A stretch of DNA of 64,000 bases from Calditrichia bacterium. GTDB lineage: Bacteria > Calditrichota > Calditrichia > JAJRVZ01. Location: the NCBI GenBank assembly GCA_963777955.1, contig CAVZSQ010000022.1:736001-800000 (forward strand), given 5' to 3'. The translations under genes were made by a program, and so were the position numbers. Below, piece by piece: positions 20,927-32,200 of this stretch; within the stretch, counting starts at the first letter, position 1; every line of letters begins with the position of its first letter. Below the pieces are notes generated by a model. That model ran no database searches, was not told the DNA's origin, and was given only the letters and a program-made list of their open reading frames with translations.

Positions 20927-22006
20927 ATGCAATCTGCAATTATCACTCAAATACGTTCCAATTTTTTCCTCAAACCGGTTTTAATTTTATTCGGTTATGG
21001 TTATGCTTTCCTTATCTGGATCCGTAACACTCTGTTTGACCGGGGAATTCTGCGGATCAGAAAATTTGACCTGCCGGTGATCAGTGTGGGTAATATCGCT
21101 GCCGGCGGAACAGGTAAGACCCCTTTTACGATGGAACTGATCCGCCTGCTCAATCAGCAGTATAAACGGATTGCCATAATCAGCAGGGGGTATAAAAGGC
21201 AGTCTCACGGAATGCAGCTGGTCTCCGATGGCCAGGGTTTTCTGGCAGGAGTCGAAACGGGCGGAGACGAGCCGGTTTTGATGGCCAGAAGATTCCCGGG
21301 ATGTATGGTATTGGTAGCGGAAAAACGCAGCCAGGCTATTGAGCAGGCCATACGGCAATTCCAGGCCGAGTTGATAATTTTAGATGATGCTTTTCAGCAC
21401 CGCTGGGTGGGACGGGATGCCGATATTGTACTTCTGGCACAATCGGATCTGGCGGCCACAGCACGTCTTTTGCCGGCCGGCCAATTGCGCGAACCTCTGA
21501 GCAGTCTGAAGCGGGCCAATCTGGTTATGTTAATCAGCAAAGAGTCAAACCGGCCGGTCAGCAATTATACAGATCTGCAGCGCTATTATCGGGGCTATGC
21601 CGGTTCCGGTCAGATACAGGTTGACTGCCTGGTCGATGCAACCCTGACTCCACTTGCAGCCGCCGACGGTCTGAGACACTTAGCGGGCAGGCCGGTCATT
21701 GCTTTTGCCGGAATCGCCAATCCTGATTCCTTTAAAGATATATTACAAACCGCGGGAGTTGACCTGCGGTGTTTGATAGTATATCCGGATCACCATATAT
21801 ATTCTGAACAGGATCTGGCCAGTATAAAATCTGCAGCCCGCGAAAAAAAATGCGTCGATTTGCTGACTACGGAGAAGGATCTGGTAAAACTGCCGGCGGA
21901 TCAATTCAGGGAATTCAAACTGCTGGCCATACGTATAAAAATTTGCCTGGAATCACCGCAGCACTTTCAGCAAAAACTGAATGAGTTTATTGACAAGACT
22001 GGATAA
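20927..22006 (+). CDS. lpxK: Tetraacyldisaccharide 4'-kinase
   Basis: VISVGNIAAGGTGKTP, SRGYKR, GDEP, LDDAFQHR, LPAGQLREP, AGIANP, YPDHH, TTEKDLVKL. Confidence 0.96.
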   Translation: MQSAIITQIRSNFFLKPVLILFGYGYAFLIWIRNTLFDRGILRIRKFDLPVISVGNIAAGGTGKTPFTMELIRLLNQQYKRIAIISRGYKRQSHGMQLVSDGQGFLAGVETGGDEPVLMARRFPGCMVLVAEKRSQAIEQAIRQFQAELIILDDAFQHRWVGRDADIVLLAQSDLAATARLLPAGQLREPLSSLKRANLVMLISKESNRPVSNYTDLQRYYRGYAGSGQIQVDCLVDATLTPLAAADGLRHLAGRPVIAFAGIANPDSFKDILQTAGVDLRCLIVYPDHHIYSEQDLASIKSAAREKKCVDLLTTEKDLVKLPADQFREFKLLAIRIKICLESPQHFQQKLNEFIDKTG

Positions 22007-22018
22007 AATAGTTAAATT
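21990..22018 (+). promoter_or_regulatory. Sigma70-type promoter for the tRNA pair (overlaps the lpxK 3' end)
   Basis: TTGACA (21990-21995), 17-nt spacer, TAAATT (22013-22018), ending 14 nt before the first tRNA. Confidence 0.75.
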
Positions 22019-22032
22019 AGCAGACTTGAGAT

Positions 22033-22109
<77 letters not shown>

Positions 22110-22112
22110 GAG

Positions 22113-22143
22113 AGGTGGTATTAGTTATAATACCACCTTTTTT
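22113..22143 (+). terminator. Intrinsic terminator-like hairpin between the two tRNAs
   Basis: AGGTGGTATTA-gtta-TAATACCACCT followed by a T run. Confidence 0.65.
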
Positions 22144-22146
22144 AAT

Positions 22147-22223
22147 GGCGGCGTAGCTCAGTTGGTTAGAGCAATGGAATCATAATCCATGTGTCCGGGG
22201 TTCGAATCCCTGCGCCGCTACCA
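22147..22223 (+). tRNA. tRNA with CAT anticodon, most likely elongator tRNA-Met
   Basis: GGCGGCGTAGCTCAGTTGGTTAGAGCAATGGAATCATAATCCATGTGTCCGGGGTTCGAATCCCTGCGCCGCTACCA. The G2:C71/C3:G70 acceptor pairs and A73 fit elongator Met better than Ile2. Confidence 0.9.
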
Positions 22224-22263
22224 GAAAACCATAACAATCATACCTCAGATATATTTTTAACTC

Positions 22264-23632
22264 ATGCATGAACGTGTTAAGCAATTTTTTCTCAGCAATG
22301 AACTGCTGGCCGGGCAATACAATACTATTCTGGCGGCTGTTTCGGGCGGAATAGATTCCTGTGTCCTGCTGGACATTCTTTACCGGTTGAGCACGGAATT
22401 AAAATTCAAATTGGTGGTGATCCACTTCAATCACCGGGTGCGCGGCCGGGCCAGCCGGGCTGATGAACAATTTGTGAAAAAACTGGCCAGGGATTATGGT
22501 CTGAAAATTATCACAGGTGCAATTGATAAGATGCCCCGACGAAAAAATGAAACAGAACTAAGGGAATTACGGATCAGGTTCTTTCAACAGTTGCTGCAAA
22601 AGAATCCACGGGCGCTACTGGCTACAGGGCATTCCAGCACCGATCAGGTTGAGACTTTTATTATGCGTCTGGCCAAAGGATCGCGGTTGCGGGGTTTACT
22701 GGGCATTAAACTGCGGTCGGGCAGGTTGATTCATCCTCTGCTTAAGGCGTCACGAACGGAAATCATCCAATACGCCAGACAGAGGAAATTAAAGTTCCGG
22801 GAAGATCAAACTAACTATGATATTAAAATTCTTAGAAACCGGGTCCGGCATAAGATTATACCCTTTCTGAAAAAAAATTTGGGCATAAACATCGAACGAG
22901 CACTGACCAAAAGTATTACGGACCTGACCGAACATTATCAGATCTATCAGCAGGTTTTAGATGAAGCCATTGACCGGCACACAAAGAATGTAAAAGGGGT
23001 GATTTTATTGCAGCGGCAGGGCTATTTAAGATGCAGCGCAGCCCTGCGCAGGGGATTGCTGGAATATTGTATTTCAAAGGTTTATCCTTTAAATTACAAT
23101 GTTTCAGACCAGGGTTTTGAGCAGTGGAATAAATTTATCCTGCAGGCTTCCAGCACCGGCAGGATAAAAGCATTTCAGCATCGCGAAATTGCCCTGGCTG
23201 AAAGAGAATATATACATTTCGGCGATATAACCGGTAAGCCTGGCGGTCGAAGACATTTTGAATTATCCCTCGGCGGGAAAGCGGTCCTTGCTGATCAGGG
23301 TAGTCTTTATTTTACCAGGGTTTCTGCTGCAGAGATCATATTCAGCCCGGACCGGAAAATAGAATTCATCGACGGCGCTTGCAGTGGAAGCAGAGTTGCA
23401 GGTCCGGTTCTGGAAACGCGGAGACAGTTTTCGCCCCCTGGGTATGCAGCAGGATAAGAAACTGAGTGATTTTTTTATTGATCTGAAACTGAACCGGAAT
23501 GTAAAACAGCAGGTGCCGCTGGTTTGCCGGGGAGATGATATCATCTGGGTTGCCGGATACCGCTTGGATGACCGGTACAAAATAACCAGAATGACGAAGA
23601 AATATTATCGGTTAGAACTGAAAGCAAAATGA
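22264..23632 (+). CDS. tilS: tRNA(Ile)-lysidine synthetase; +1 frameshift near 23375
   Basis: AVSGGIDS PP-loop, HFNHRVRG, TGHSSTDQVETF, EDQTN, RNRVRH; TilS C-terminal motif RFWKRGDSFRPLG...KKLSDFFID in the next frame. Confidence 0.92.
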
Positions 23633-23726
23633 TGGTTTCAAACCTGGATGAAAAAAAGAGGAATCTGCGGGCTGTCTATGTCGTTGAACATTAGTAGGCA
23701 AAGAAAAAAACTGAAAGGTATATGGG

Positions 23727-25730
23727 ATGGATGAGGACAAAGATAAGGATCAATCAAGTTATAAAAGGCGACCTGATCCGGAACGTAAACGTAAAGATGA
23801 TGAATTCCAGTGGAAAAAAGCAAGTAAAACTGCATTGATCTACATCTTGTTGTCAGCGTTGGTCTGGGTCATAATCACTTATTCCCAGGACTCGGATGAA
23901 GGTGAAGTTCAAAAAATAAACTTTTCTGAACTCCAGCAGATTCTTAAAGACGATAACATGAAAAGCGGGAAAATCATTGTCACTGAAAACGTTTTAACCG
24001 GTGAAACCAGGCGTCCGGTGACATTAGTGGAACATGGTAAGGAACAAAGTTACAACAAGTTTAAAACTACTCTGCCGTTCCTGAGCGAAAATATGGTCAA
24101 TGAATGGAAGTCCAGGAATGTTGATATTCAGTTTGTCCCGCCGTCTAATAATCTTACTATCCTGCTGATACAGGCCTTACCCTGGATACTTATACTGACC
24201 GCTTTCATCTTTTTCACCCGCCGTATGCAGGGAGGGGGAGGCAGCAACCGCGGCATATTTTCGTTCGGTAAAAGCAGGGCGCGGATGATCACTGAAGACA
24301 AGATAAAAGTAACCTTCGCCGATGTGGCCGGTGCGGATGAGGCCAAGCAGGAGTTGGAGGAAATTATCGAGTTTTTAAAAGACCCGGCCAAGTTTCAGCG
24401 CCTGGGGGGAAAAATACCCAAGGGTGCATTGTTACTGGGTCCTCCCGGTACAGGGAAAACCTTATTGGCCAAGGCAGTTGCCGGTGAGGCGGGAGTGCCA
24501 TTTCTCAGTATGAGCGGTGCAGATTTTGTCGAGATGTTTGTCGGCGTGGGAGCCAGCCGGGTGCGCGATCTGTTTGAAACAGGGCGTAAACATGCTCCCT
24601 GTATAATTTTCATCGATGAAATTGATGCCGTCGGCCGCCATCGCGGGGCCGGACTCGGCGGAGGCCATGACGAGCGTGAACAGACCCTGAATCAATTACT
24701 GGTTGAGATGGATGGTTTCGATACTAAAGAAGGGGTCATCCTGCTGGCCGCCACTAACCGCCCTGATGTACTGGATTCGGCTTTATTGCGGCCCGGACGT
24801 TTCGACCGCCAAATTGTGGTGGACCGGCCGGATGTGCGGGGCCGGGAGGGTATTCTGAAAGTACACACCCGTAAAATCCCGATCGGGCAAGATGTAATTC
24901 TCGAAGTTTTGGCTAAGGGAACACCCGGTCTGTCCGGTGCCGATCTGGCCAACCTGGTCAATGAGGCAGCCCTGCTGGCGGCCCGCAGAAACAGGGATCA
25001 GGTAGTGATGTCGGATTTTGAAGATGCAAAAGATAAAGTCATGATGGGTATGGAGCGCAAAACCTTGATCATCAGCGAAGATGAGAAAAAAAGCACTGCC
25101 TACCATGAATCCGGGCATGTGCTGGTATCCCGCTTATTGCCTAATACCGATCCGGTGCATAAAGTTACAATTATCCCCCGCGGCCGGGCTCTGGGCGTGA
25201 CTTCCTACCTGCCGATCGATGAAAAGCATAATTATTCTAAAGATTATCTGGAATCAATGCTGGCCCAATTGCTGGGCGGCCGGGCTGCGGAGAAGCTGGT
25301 TTTTGATCAGTTTACCACAGGTGCCGGAAACGATATTGAAAGAGCCACCGAAATCGCCCGAAAGATGGTCTGTGAATGGGGCATGAGCGATAAACTGGGT
25401 CCGGTTTCTTTCGGAAAAAAGGAAGAAGAGATTTTTCTGGGCCGTGAAATAGCGCAACACCGTGATTACAGCGAAAACACGGCACGCGATATCGATCAGG
25501 AAGTACGTGTGATTATCAGCCAGGCCGAGCATCGTGCAGAAAAACTTCTAAAAGAAAACATCCAATTTTTGCATGGATTAGCCGAAGCATTGCTTGAGCA
25601 TGAAATACTGGATGGAGAACAGATTGCTCTGATTCTGAAAGGGCAAAAACTGGAGGCGAAAAAAGATACGCCAATCACTGGTATTTCAATGACCGGCACA
25701 ACCCGGCAGGATAAGCCGGCATTACCGTAA
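23727..25730 (+). CDS. ftsH: ATP-dependent zinc metalloprotease FtsH
   Basis: Two TM helices, [19 protein letters not shown], second region of homology [15 protein letters not shown]. Confidence 0.98.
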   Translation: MDEDKDKDQSSYKRRPDPERKRKDDEFQWKKASKTALIYILLSALVWVIITYSQDSDEGEVQKINFSELQQILKDDNMKSGKIIVTENVLTGETRRPVTLVEHGKEQSYNKFKTTLPFLSENMVNEWKSRNVDIQFVPPSNNLTILLIQALPWILILTAFIFFTRRMQGGGGSNRGIFSFGKSRARMITEDKIKVTFADVAGADEAKQELEEIIEFLKDPAKFQRLGGKIPKGALLLGPPGTGKTLLAKAVAGEAGVPFLSMSGADFVEMFVGVGASRVRDLFETGRKHAPCIIFIDEIDAVGRHRGAGLGGGHDEREQTLNQLLVEMDGFDTKEGVILLAATNRPDVLDSALLRPGRFDRQIVVDRPDVRGREGILKVHTRKIPIGQDVILEVLAKGTPGLSGADLANLVNEAALLAARRNRDQVVMSDFEDAKDKVMMGMERKTLIISEDEKKSTAYHESGHVLVSRLLPNTDPVHKVTIIPRGRALGVTSYLPIDEKHNYSKDYLESMLAQLLGGRAAEKLVFDQFTTGAGNDIERATEIARKMVCEWGMSDKLGPVSFGKKEEEIFLGREIAQHRDYSENTARDIDQEVRVIISQAEHRAEKLLKENIQFLHGLAEALLEHEILDGEQIALILKGQKLEAKKDTPITGISMTGTTRQDKPALP

Positions 25731-25749
25731 AAAGTGAAAACTATCAATT

Positions 25750-27390
25750 ATGAATAATATCTATAAATTTCTATCGGGAAATATTCCCGGCGGTTTATTT
25801 GTCCTGGTCTTTGCTCTGGTGATCGTTAATCTGATTGCATATTTGCTGTTTAAGAAATCAGGATTGTTCGAAAAGCCGGTCTATAAAAAGCGCAGCATTC
25901 TTTTGAATCTGATCGTGGTCTTTCTTTACTTTTTTTTCTGGTTCATATTACAACCCCGTCAATTACCCAAAACTGTATTAATTCAACCATTCCAGCAGGG
26001 TGATTCTATCGATGTTACCATCAGCGAGATGGTCGAACAGAATCTGAGCGGAAATTTATCGGCGAAATTCAGACTCCATCCCTGGGAATGGTTTTATCTG
26101 ACTGCGGATAAGGATTCTATAAATAATTCCGGGTATCGCCACAGTTTGGCCGCAAGAATGAATATCGATGTGGTGGTTAGCGGACAGATTCAGGGTACGC
26201 TTGACGATCTGAATTTGGAAGGTACTATAAAATATTCCGATAAACTGGTCAAGGTCAATACAAGCAATGTTTCAGGCCGGGCTGCGGCACAGGACATTAT
26301 CCGGCAGCTGGATGCGCAACTATCTATCCTGCGGAATAAACAACCGCCGCTTACCGCTGAAACAGAAGTCGACTATAATAAACTGGCCCGGGCCAAGTTA
26401 GCTTATTTGAATGGCGAATACGACTTACCGCTGCAAATCTTGAATGATGATACCCTTTACGCCTACCGCCTGATCATGTCCAGAGCCTTATTAAAAAAGG
26501 CGCTGGAACAGGAAAAAATCAAGAAATCACCGACCGCAACGTCCGCTGAGGAGTTGAATCCGTTCTTCCGCCGCGTGGAACGTATACTCAAACCATACAG
26601 TATCAAAGGTGCAGACACAGCCGAACTGAATTCTGTATTGGGACAAATGTATTTGTTCCGCAATGAGTATGAACTGGCCGATATTTGTCTGAAAAAGGCT
26701 GTAAGCCAGAATCGCTACGATGCCAGATTGTTTTATTACCTGAGTTTCTTAGATACTGAACGGTTAAAAGAAATGAAATTCACGGATCGCATCGATGTGT
26801 TGAAATATGCGATTCGCCTGGATCCCGGTTACAGTGAGAGCGTATTGCGGTTAGCCGAAGGTGTATACAATACAGGGAGTGGTACCTCGCAAGCGCGTAC
26901 AACCTATGAAGCTATCGAGATCATGGAGAACTATCTGAAGCTTAATGCGAATACCGTTCCCATTTTGAGATTGCTGGGGAGAATCTATCTGCAAATTAAA
27001 AATATGCCGCGGGCTACTGTTTTATTCGAAAGAATACTGACTCTGGAACCGGATTCGGCAGAAAGTTATTATGATCTGGGTGTTTGTTACTTTGATGATA
27101 AGAAATACGACCAGGCCCGCACTTATCTGGAACAGGCCATTAAGATCGGCGAACACCGCGAATCGTATCTGTATCTGGGCGCGGTATTTTTTGTAAAAGG
27201 CGATCTGGAGCAAGCACTCTATTATTATCGCGAACGGATCAGGCGTAAAATGAACGATGAAGATTACTATGCTCTGGAAGCAATGCGGGGAGTAAGAATC
27301 ATTCTGGAAAAGATGCAGGCAAAGTCTGCGGGCAATAATAATCAGGATTCCATTCCGCTGCCATCTTTACCCATGAAGGGACAGCAGTAA
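25750..27390 (+). CDS. Membrane-anchored TPR-repeat protein
   Basis: Two N-terminal hydrophobic helices separated by a Lys/Arg-rich loop; C-terminal TPRs (e.g. AESYYDLGVCYFDDKKYDQARTYLEQAIKI). Confidence 0.75.
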   Translation: MNNIYKFLSGNIPGGLFVLVFALVIVNLIAYLLFKKSGLFEKPVYKKRSILLNLIVVFLYFFFWFILQPRQLPKTVLIQPFQQGDSIDVTISEMVEQNLSGNLSAKFRLHPWEWFYLTADKDSINNSGYRHSLAARMNIDVVVSGQIQGTLDDLNLEGTIKYSDKLVKVNTSNVSGRAAAQDIIRQLDAQLSILRNKQPPLTAETEVDYNKLARAKLAYLNGEYDLPLQILNDDTLYAYRLIMSRALLKKALEQEKIKKSPTATSAEELNPFFRRVERILKPYSIKGADTAELNSVLGQMYLFRNEYELADICLKKAVSQNRYDARLFYYLSFLDTERLKEMKFTDRIDVLKYAIRLDPGYSESVLRLAEGVYNTGSGTSQARTTYEAIEIMENYLKLNANTVPILRLLGRIYLQIKNMPRATVLFERILTLEPDSAESYYDLGVCYFDDKKYDQARTYLEQAIKIGEHRESYLYLGAVFFVKGDLEQALYYYRERIRRKMNDEDYYALEAMRGVRIILEKMQAKSAGNNNQDSIPLPSLPMKGQQ

Positions 27391-27477
27391 TATTCACTGC
27401 GATTCATCAAATTTCCTGCTTGCCGGTGAACTGGCGAAGGTAGTTATCTGCAGGTTCTAACAAAAATCGAAAGAAAT

Positions 27478-28305
27478 ATGATCTCTAACGATTATGGTCT
27501 GGATTTCAGCAGAACACGGATAATGGGTATTCTGAATGTCACCCCTGATTCCTTTTCCGATGGTGGTAAATTTCTGCATCCGGATCAGGCACTGGCCCAT
27601 GTGGCTGCCATGGAAGCAGCCGGTGCCGGCATCATTGACATCGGCGGCGAATCATCAAGACCAGGTGCTCCGGCAGTTTCTGAAACGGAAGAATTAAACC
27701 GCGTACTGCCGGTTATCCAGGCAGTCCGTCGCAGATCAGCGGTACTGCTGTCCATCGATACCTGTAAAGCACGTGTCGCCGAAGAAGCCCTGCGGCTGGG
27801 TGTCAACTGGATCAATGATATTTCCGGGATGAGATTCGACCCGGCAATGAGCGAAGTGGCCCAAAAGCGGGATTGCCCGGTAGTAATAATGCACATGCTG
27901 GGTACACCGCAAACAATGCAACTGGACCCGCACTACCATGACCTGATAGCTGAGTTGCATATGTTTTTTTCAGAGCGTATTCAGTTTCTTACCAGCCAGG
28001 GCATCAGGAAAATAATTCTGGATCCGGGGATTGGTTTCGGCAAGCGGCCGGAAGATAATCTGCTGATCCTTAAAAAATTGGAAACTTTTAAGTGTTATGG
28101 ATATCCTTTGCTGATCGGCACCTCGCGTAAATCGTTTATCGGAACCGTTACCGGCAGATCTGTTGAGGACAGGCTGGCCGGGACCCTGGCGACAATTGCC
28201 TGGTCGGTGGCCAGGGGAGTTTCAATAGTGCGTACGCATGATGTGGCCGAAGCCAGTGATGCAATAAAACTGATCGACAGTATCATGTCCAGCGGGTCAA
28301 TATGA
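27478..28305 (+). CDS. folP: Dihydropteroate synthase
   Basis: MGILNVTPDSFSDGG, DIGGESSRPG, SIDT, DPGIGFGK, SRKSFIG, RTHDV. Confidence 0.97.
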   Translation: MISNDYGLDFSRTRIMGILNVTPDSFSDGGKFLHPDQALAHVAAMEAAGAGIIDIGGESSRPGAPAVSETEELNRVLPVIQAVRRRSAVLLSIDTCKARVAEEALRLGVNWINDISGMRFDPAMSEVAQKRDCPVVIMHMLGTPQTMQLDPHYHDLIAELHMFFSERIQFLTSQGIRKIILDPGIGFGKRPEDNLLILKKLETFKCYGYPLLIGTSRKSFIGTVTGRSVEDRLAGTLATIAWSVARGVSIVRTHDVAEASDAIKLIDSIMSSGSI

Positions 28306-28362
28306 TAAAAATCACATCTACGGGATCGTTAAAATTGTTATATTTTATATAACGGTATTCAT

Positions 28363-29172
28363 ATGCTGGTTAAAATTGGATTTTTACCCATTACGATCAT
28401 TGATGTACTAGACGTCGTTATCGTCAGCGTCCTGATTTACCAACTCTATGAGTTTTTACGGGGCAGTATTGCGGCCCGGATGTTTATAGGTCTGGTCCTG
28501 ATCCTGCTGATCTCGATAGTTGGGGATCTGTTCAATATGAGTGCCCTGTCCTGGATCATGTCGAATCTGAAAACCGTCTGGGTCATTGCTTTTGTGATTA
28601 TCTTCCAGCCGGAATTGCGCAGACTCCTGACCTATCTGGGCCAGAGCCGTCTGGTGCGGATCTTTATGAAAGTCGTTGATCCGCGTTTTATCGAGGATGT
28701 GGTCAATGCGACTGCTGAAATGTCGAAAAAGAATTTTGGTGCATTGATCGTAATGCTGCGTGATACGGGGATTAAAAGCATCCAGGAGACGGGTGTACAA
28801 TTGCAGGCCCAGATATCGAAACCGCTGATCACGGCCATTTTCAATCCCCGTTCCCCTTTGCATGACGGTGCCCTGGTTATACGGGGTGAAATTGTGCTGG
28901 CAGCCAAATGCCTGCTGCCCTTATCACAAAATCCGGATATCGATCCGGCTCTGGGTACCCGGCACCGGGCGGCTATAGGAATATCCGAGCAAACCGATGC
29001 CATCGTGGTAATCGTATCGGAAGAAACAGGTATGATCTCAGTAGCCGATGACGGGAAAATGCAGCGGGGTTTAACCGGGGAAATGCTGCGTACCAAGCTG
29101 CTTTTAGCCTTTGCGCCTCTGCCTAAAGAAAAAAAGGGATGGCGGCTGGCCCCCCTGTCAGCAGAGCAATAA
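28363..29172 (+). CDS. cdaA: Diadenylate cyclase CdaA (c-di-AMP synthase)
   Basis: Three N-terminal TM helices, FQPELRR, catalytic HDGA and GTRHRAA motifs, VSEETG. Confidence 0.95.
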   Translation: MLVKIGFLPITIIDVLDVVIVSVLIYQLYEFLRGSIAARMFIGLVLILLISIVGDLFNMSALSWIMSNLKTVWVIAFVIIFQPELRRLLTYLGQSRLVRIFMKVVDPRFIEDVVNATAEMSKKNFGALIVMLRDTGIKSIQETGVQLQAQISKPLITAIFNPRSPLHDGALVIRGEIVLAAKCLLPLSQNPDIDPALGTRHRAAIGISEQTDAIVVIVSEETGMISVADDGKMQRGLTGEMLRTKLLLAFAPLPKEKKGWRLAPLSAEQ

Positions 29173-29275
29173 ATAAGACTGATATCAATATTAGTAATTG
29201 AATGAGAAATTGAGGATAGTTAAACCGTAGTTTATAAAATTCCACCTGTGAAAATTGAATTGAGCCGATGATAGT

Positions 29276-32200
29276 ATGAATAAAAAATTGGTTTTTGGAG
29301 TCATTACATTATTGCTTCTGGTTAATTGGCTGCAAGCCGCAGATCAGGTACAGGTAACTTCTGTATCTTCATCATCAACGTCTCTGGCGGTAACGGCAAC
29401 TTTTCCTGAACCACAACGAACCGCCGGTGCATCGGCCAGTTGTTATTTTTCTTATACAGGCTGGCCGGAAATCCAGGAAGCCGGTTATCCCCGTGTACCG
29501 GTGATAACTAAATTATTCTCGCTGCCCGGTCAGAAAATTAATTTCAGTATAAAAAATTTAGAAACAGGACAGACTGCTGCAGTAAATTATCTTTATAACG
29601 AATCTGACCCGGATCAGACGTCAGCTGTCGTCCATTGCCGGAACGACCGGAACCAAAAACACACCCTGGGTTGAGATTTCGTATCAGGGTTTGTTCCGGG
29701 GTTTGCCTCTGTTTGCCATTCACTTTTATCCGGTGAAAGTTGATGCCCAAAACCAGCGGGTCGAATATATTAAAACCATAACTGTAGACATCACTGTGGC
29801 CGCGGCTGTGGCCGCGGTTGCCAAAGCAGGTCCGGCAGCGATCCAGACTATATCCACAACTGAACATTCAATGTTGAACCGGATTTTATTAAACGGCACT
29901 GCAGTTAATTATAAAACTCTGAATACGCTGGCCAAACCGGCTCTGGCGCTGCAGCGGTTTAAAAACGGTCGTTATAAAATCCTGCTCAGCGCCGATGGCC
30001 TGTACCAGATAAGTTATGACGATCTGCAAAAATATGAAATTTCTGTCGAGCAGTTCGATACGCGCAAGCTGATCATCTCTAACCGCGGCCAGGAAATTCC
30101 GGTTTATTTTAAAGGCGGCGAGGATGGTGTTTTCAATCCGGGTGATTACTTTGAATTCTGGGCTGAAAAAAATAAAAACAAAGACAACGAAAAATCTCCG
30201 GATCTTTATAATGATCCGTTCAGCGATGTTAATATCTACTGGCTGGAACAGGGGGAAAAGAATGGACTGCGCCTGGTTGAGGAAAATGGCGCCCTGAAAA
30301 ATACCAATCCCGATCCTTTTAACGGCGGATATTATACCCCTCCATATTTCCTGGAAACCTTACACTTTGAGAAGGACATCAGTTTTATACGTCTCGGTAA
30401 TGCCAGTGTAGACAGTGTAGCTTACCAGATCGATCACTGGTTTTATGATAATGGAATCAGCGCAGTCGGCAGTCGGACCTATAAGGCTTTTCTGCCGTTC
30501 CCCTATAACAACCCGGCCCGTTCCGTTTTTGCCAAAGCCATGATGCGCGGACTTTCACTGTGGGATGTGCAGGTAAACAATTATGACAATCACCAGGTGG
30601 AAATCTGGTTAAACAACGAAAAGGTCGGTGATTCCGGCCCCTGGATGAATCAAGATCTGCAGAGCGATAAGCAATATCGGCAGGCAGGGTATCCCACAGG
30701 GAAACATCCAGCATGGCGAAAACGATTTCCGGGTTGTGATGGATCAACCGGGGGTCACCGATATTACTCTATTGAACTGGTTTGAAATAACCTATCAGCG
30801 CCAGTACCGGGCTTATCAGAATAATATAAAATTCAAACAGGAAGAACTGGTATTACAAAACAGAGCGATCAATACATTTCAATTTGAAATTGATGGTTTC
30901 AGTACCTCCAATATCGAAGTGTATAAACCCGGTATAAGCAAACTGGTCAACAATCGGGTCGATTATATTACTGCTGCCGATAACATCTCGTCCTACCGCT
31001 TGACCTTTCAGGATGAGATTTTTTATCCGGGGATTGAATATGTAGTAGTGACTCCGGAAGCCAAGAAGAAACCGTTGCGAATTGTCGCAGATCTGCCCTG
31101 GAATCCTGAACAAGGTGTACAGAGCGCGCCATCCCTGCTGGAAACGACCAACAGCGCAGAGTATCTGATCGTAACCGACGGAACCTTTTATGAAAATGTC
31201 CTGCAATTAAAGACGTATCGCCAGCAGGCCGGTCTCAGTGCTGAGGTGGTCTGCGTCGAAGATATCTATGATGAATTCAATTATGGAATTAAATCCCCGC
31301 TAGCCCTGAAAAATTTTTTAAAATATGCTTACGAGAATTGGGATCAAACCAGGCCGCTGCTATATGTCGTTCTGGTCGGTGATGCCTCCTATGATTATAA
31401 AACCAGTTCGGTTGACCAAAAAGATCTTGTGCCGACCCTCCTTTTTGAAACGAGGAAATATGGTGCGACAGCCGCTGACGATTTGTATGCCCTGGTCTCG
31501 GGTACTGATCCGATTGCTGACCTGATTATCAGCCGTATTCCGGTCAGGGATAATTCACAATTGACTGCCTATCTTGGAAAAATACAGGAATTTGAGGGTG
31601 CGGCCAATCGGGGGGAATGGAGAAATAAGGGGCTATTTATCAGCGGTAATGACGCCTCGACATACGAGCAGTTTACCATGCAGCCGGCTTTCCGCGCTCA
31701 GAATCAGCGTTTGATCAAGATGAATCTGCCAGCGGCCTTCATCTCCCGCAAACTAAATACGATTCGCGATCAGTCGTTGCCTTCGGATCCCAATTTTGGC
31801 AGTACCACCGACCTTATTAATTACTTCGATGACGGATTATCTCTGGTTACTTTTTATGGCCATGGCGGCGGGGGTATCTGGTCCGATGTACAATTACTGA
31901 ATAATGATGATATCGAGCGGTTAAATAATCAGGGGAAATACCCTTTTATCACCAGTATGACCTGTTTCACCGGCTCATTCGAAAATTCAAGCATGGATGC
32001 CATAGCCGAGAAACTGCTTTTAGCCCCGGCCAGGGGTGCTATTGGTTTATATGCTTCGTCCGGTTTAGGCTGGTTGCATAATGATTTCGCCCTGGGCTGG
32101 AATCTGACTTCGTTCTTATATACTCAGGGACTTACCATTGGTGAAGCGATGTGGTTGGCCGAAATTCATTACCTGGCCAATGATCAGTATGTAACAGAAG

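Noticed and set aside
22147..22223. tRNA-Ile2 (lysidine substrate) assignment because it precedes tilS
   Set aside because: The GGCGGCG acceptor stem resembles elongator Met tRNAs rather than the GG(G/C)CC-type stems usual for Ile2. Not formally excluded without isotype models.
25750..27390. LapB/YciM ortholog (FtsH adaptor for LpxC)
   Set aside because: It has no C-terminal rubredoxin CxxC pairs, has two TM helices instead of one, and its TPRs are predicted to be periplasmic.
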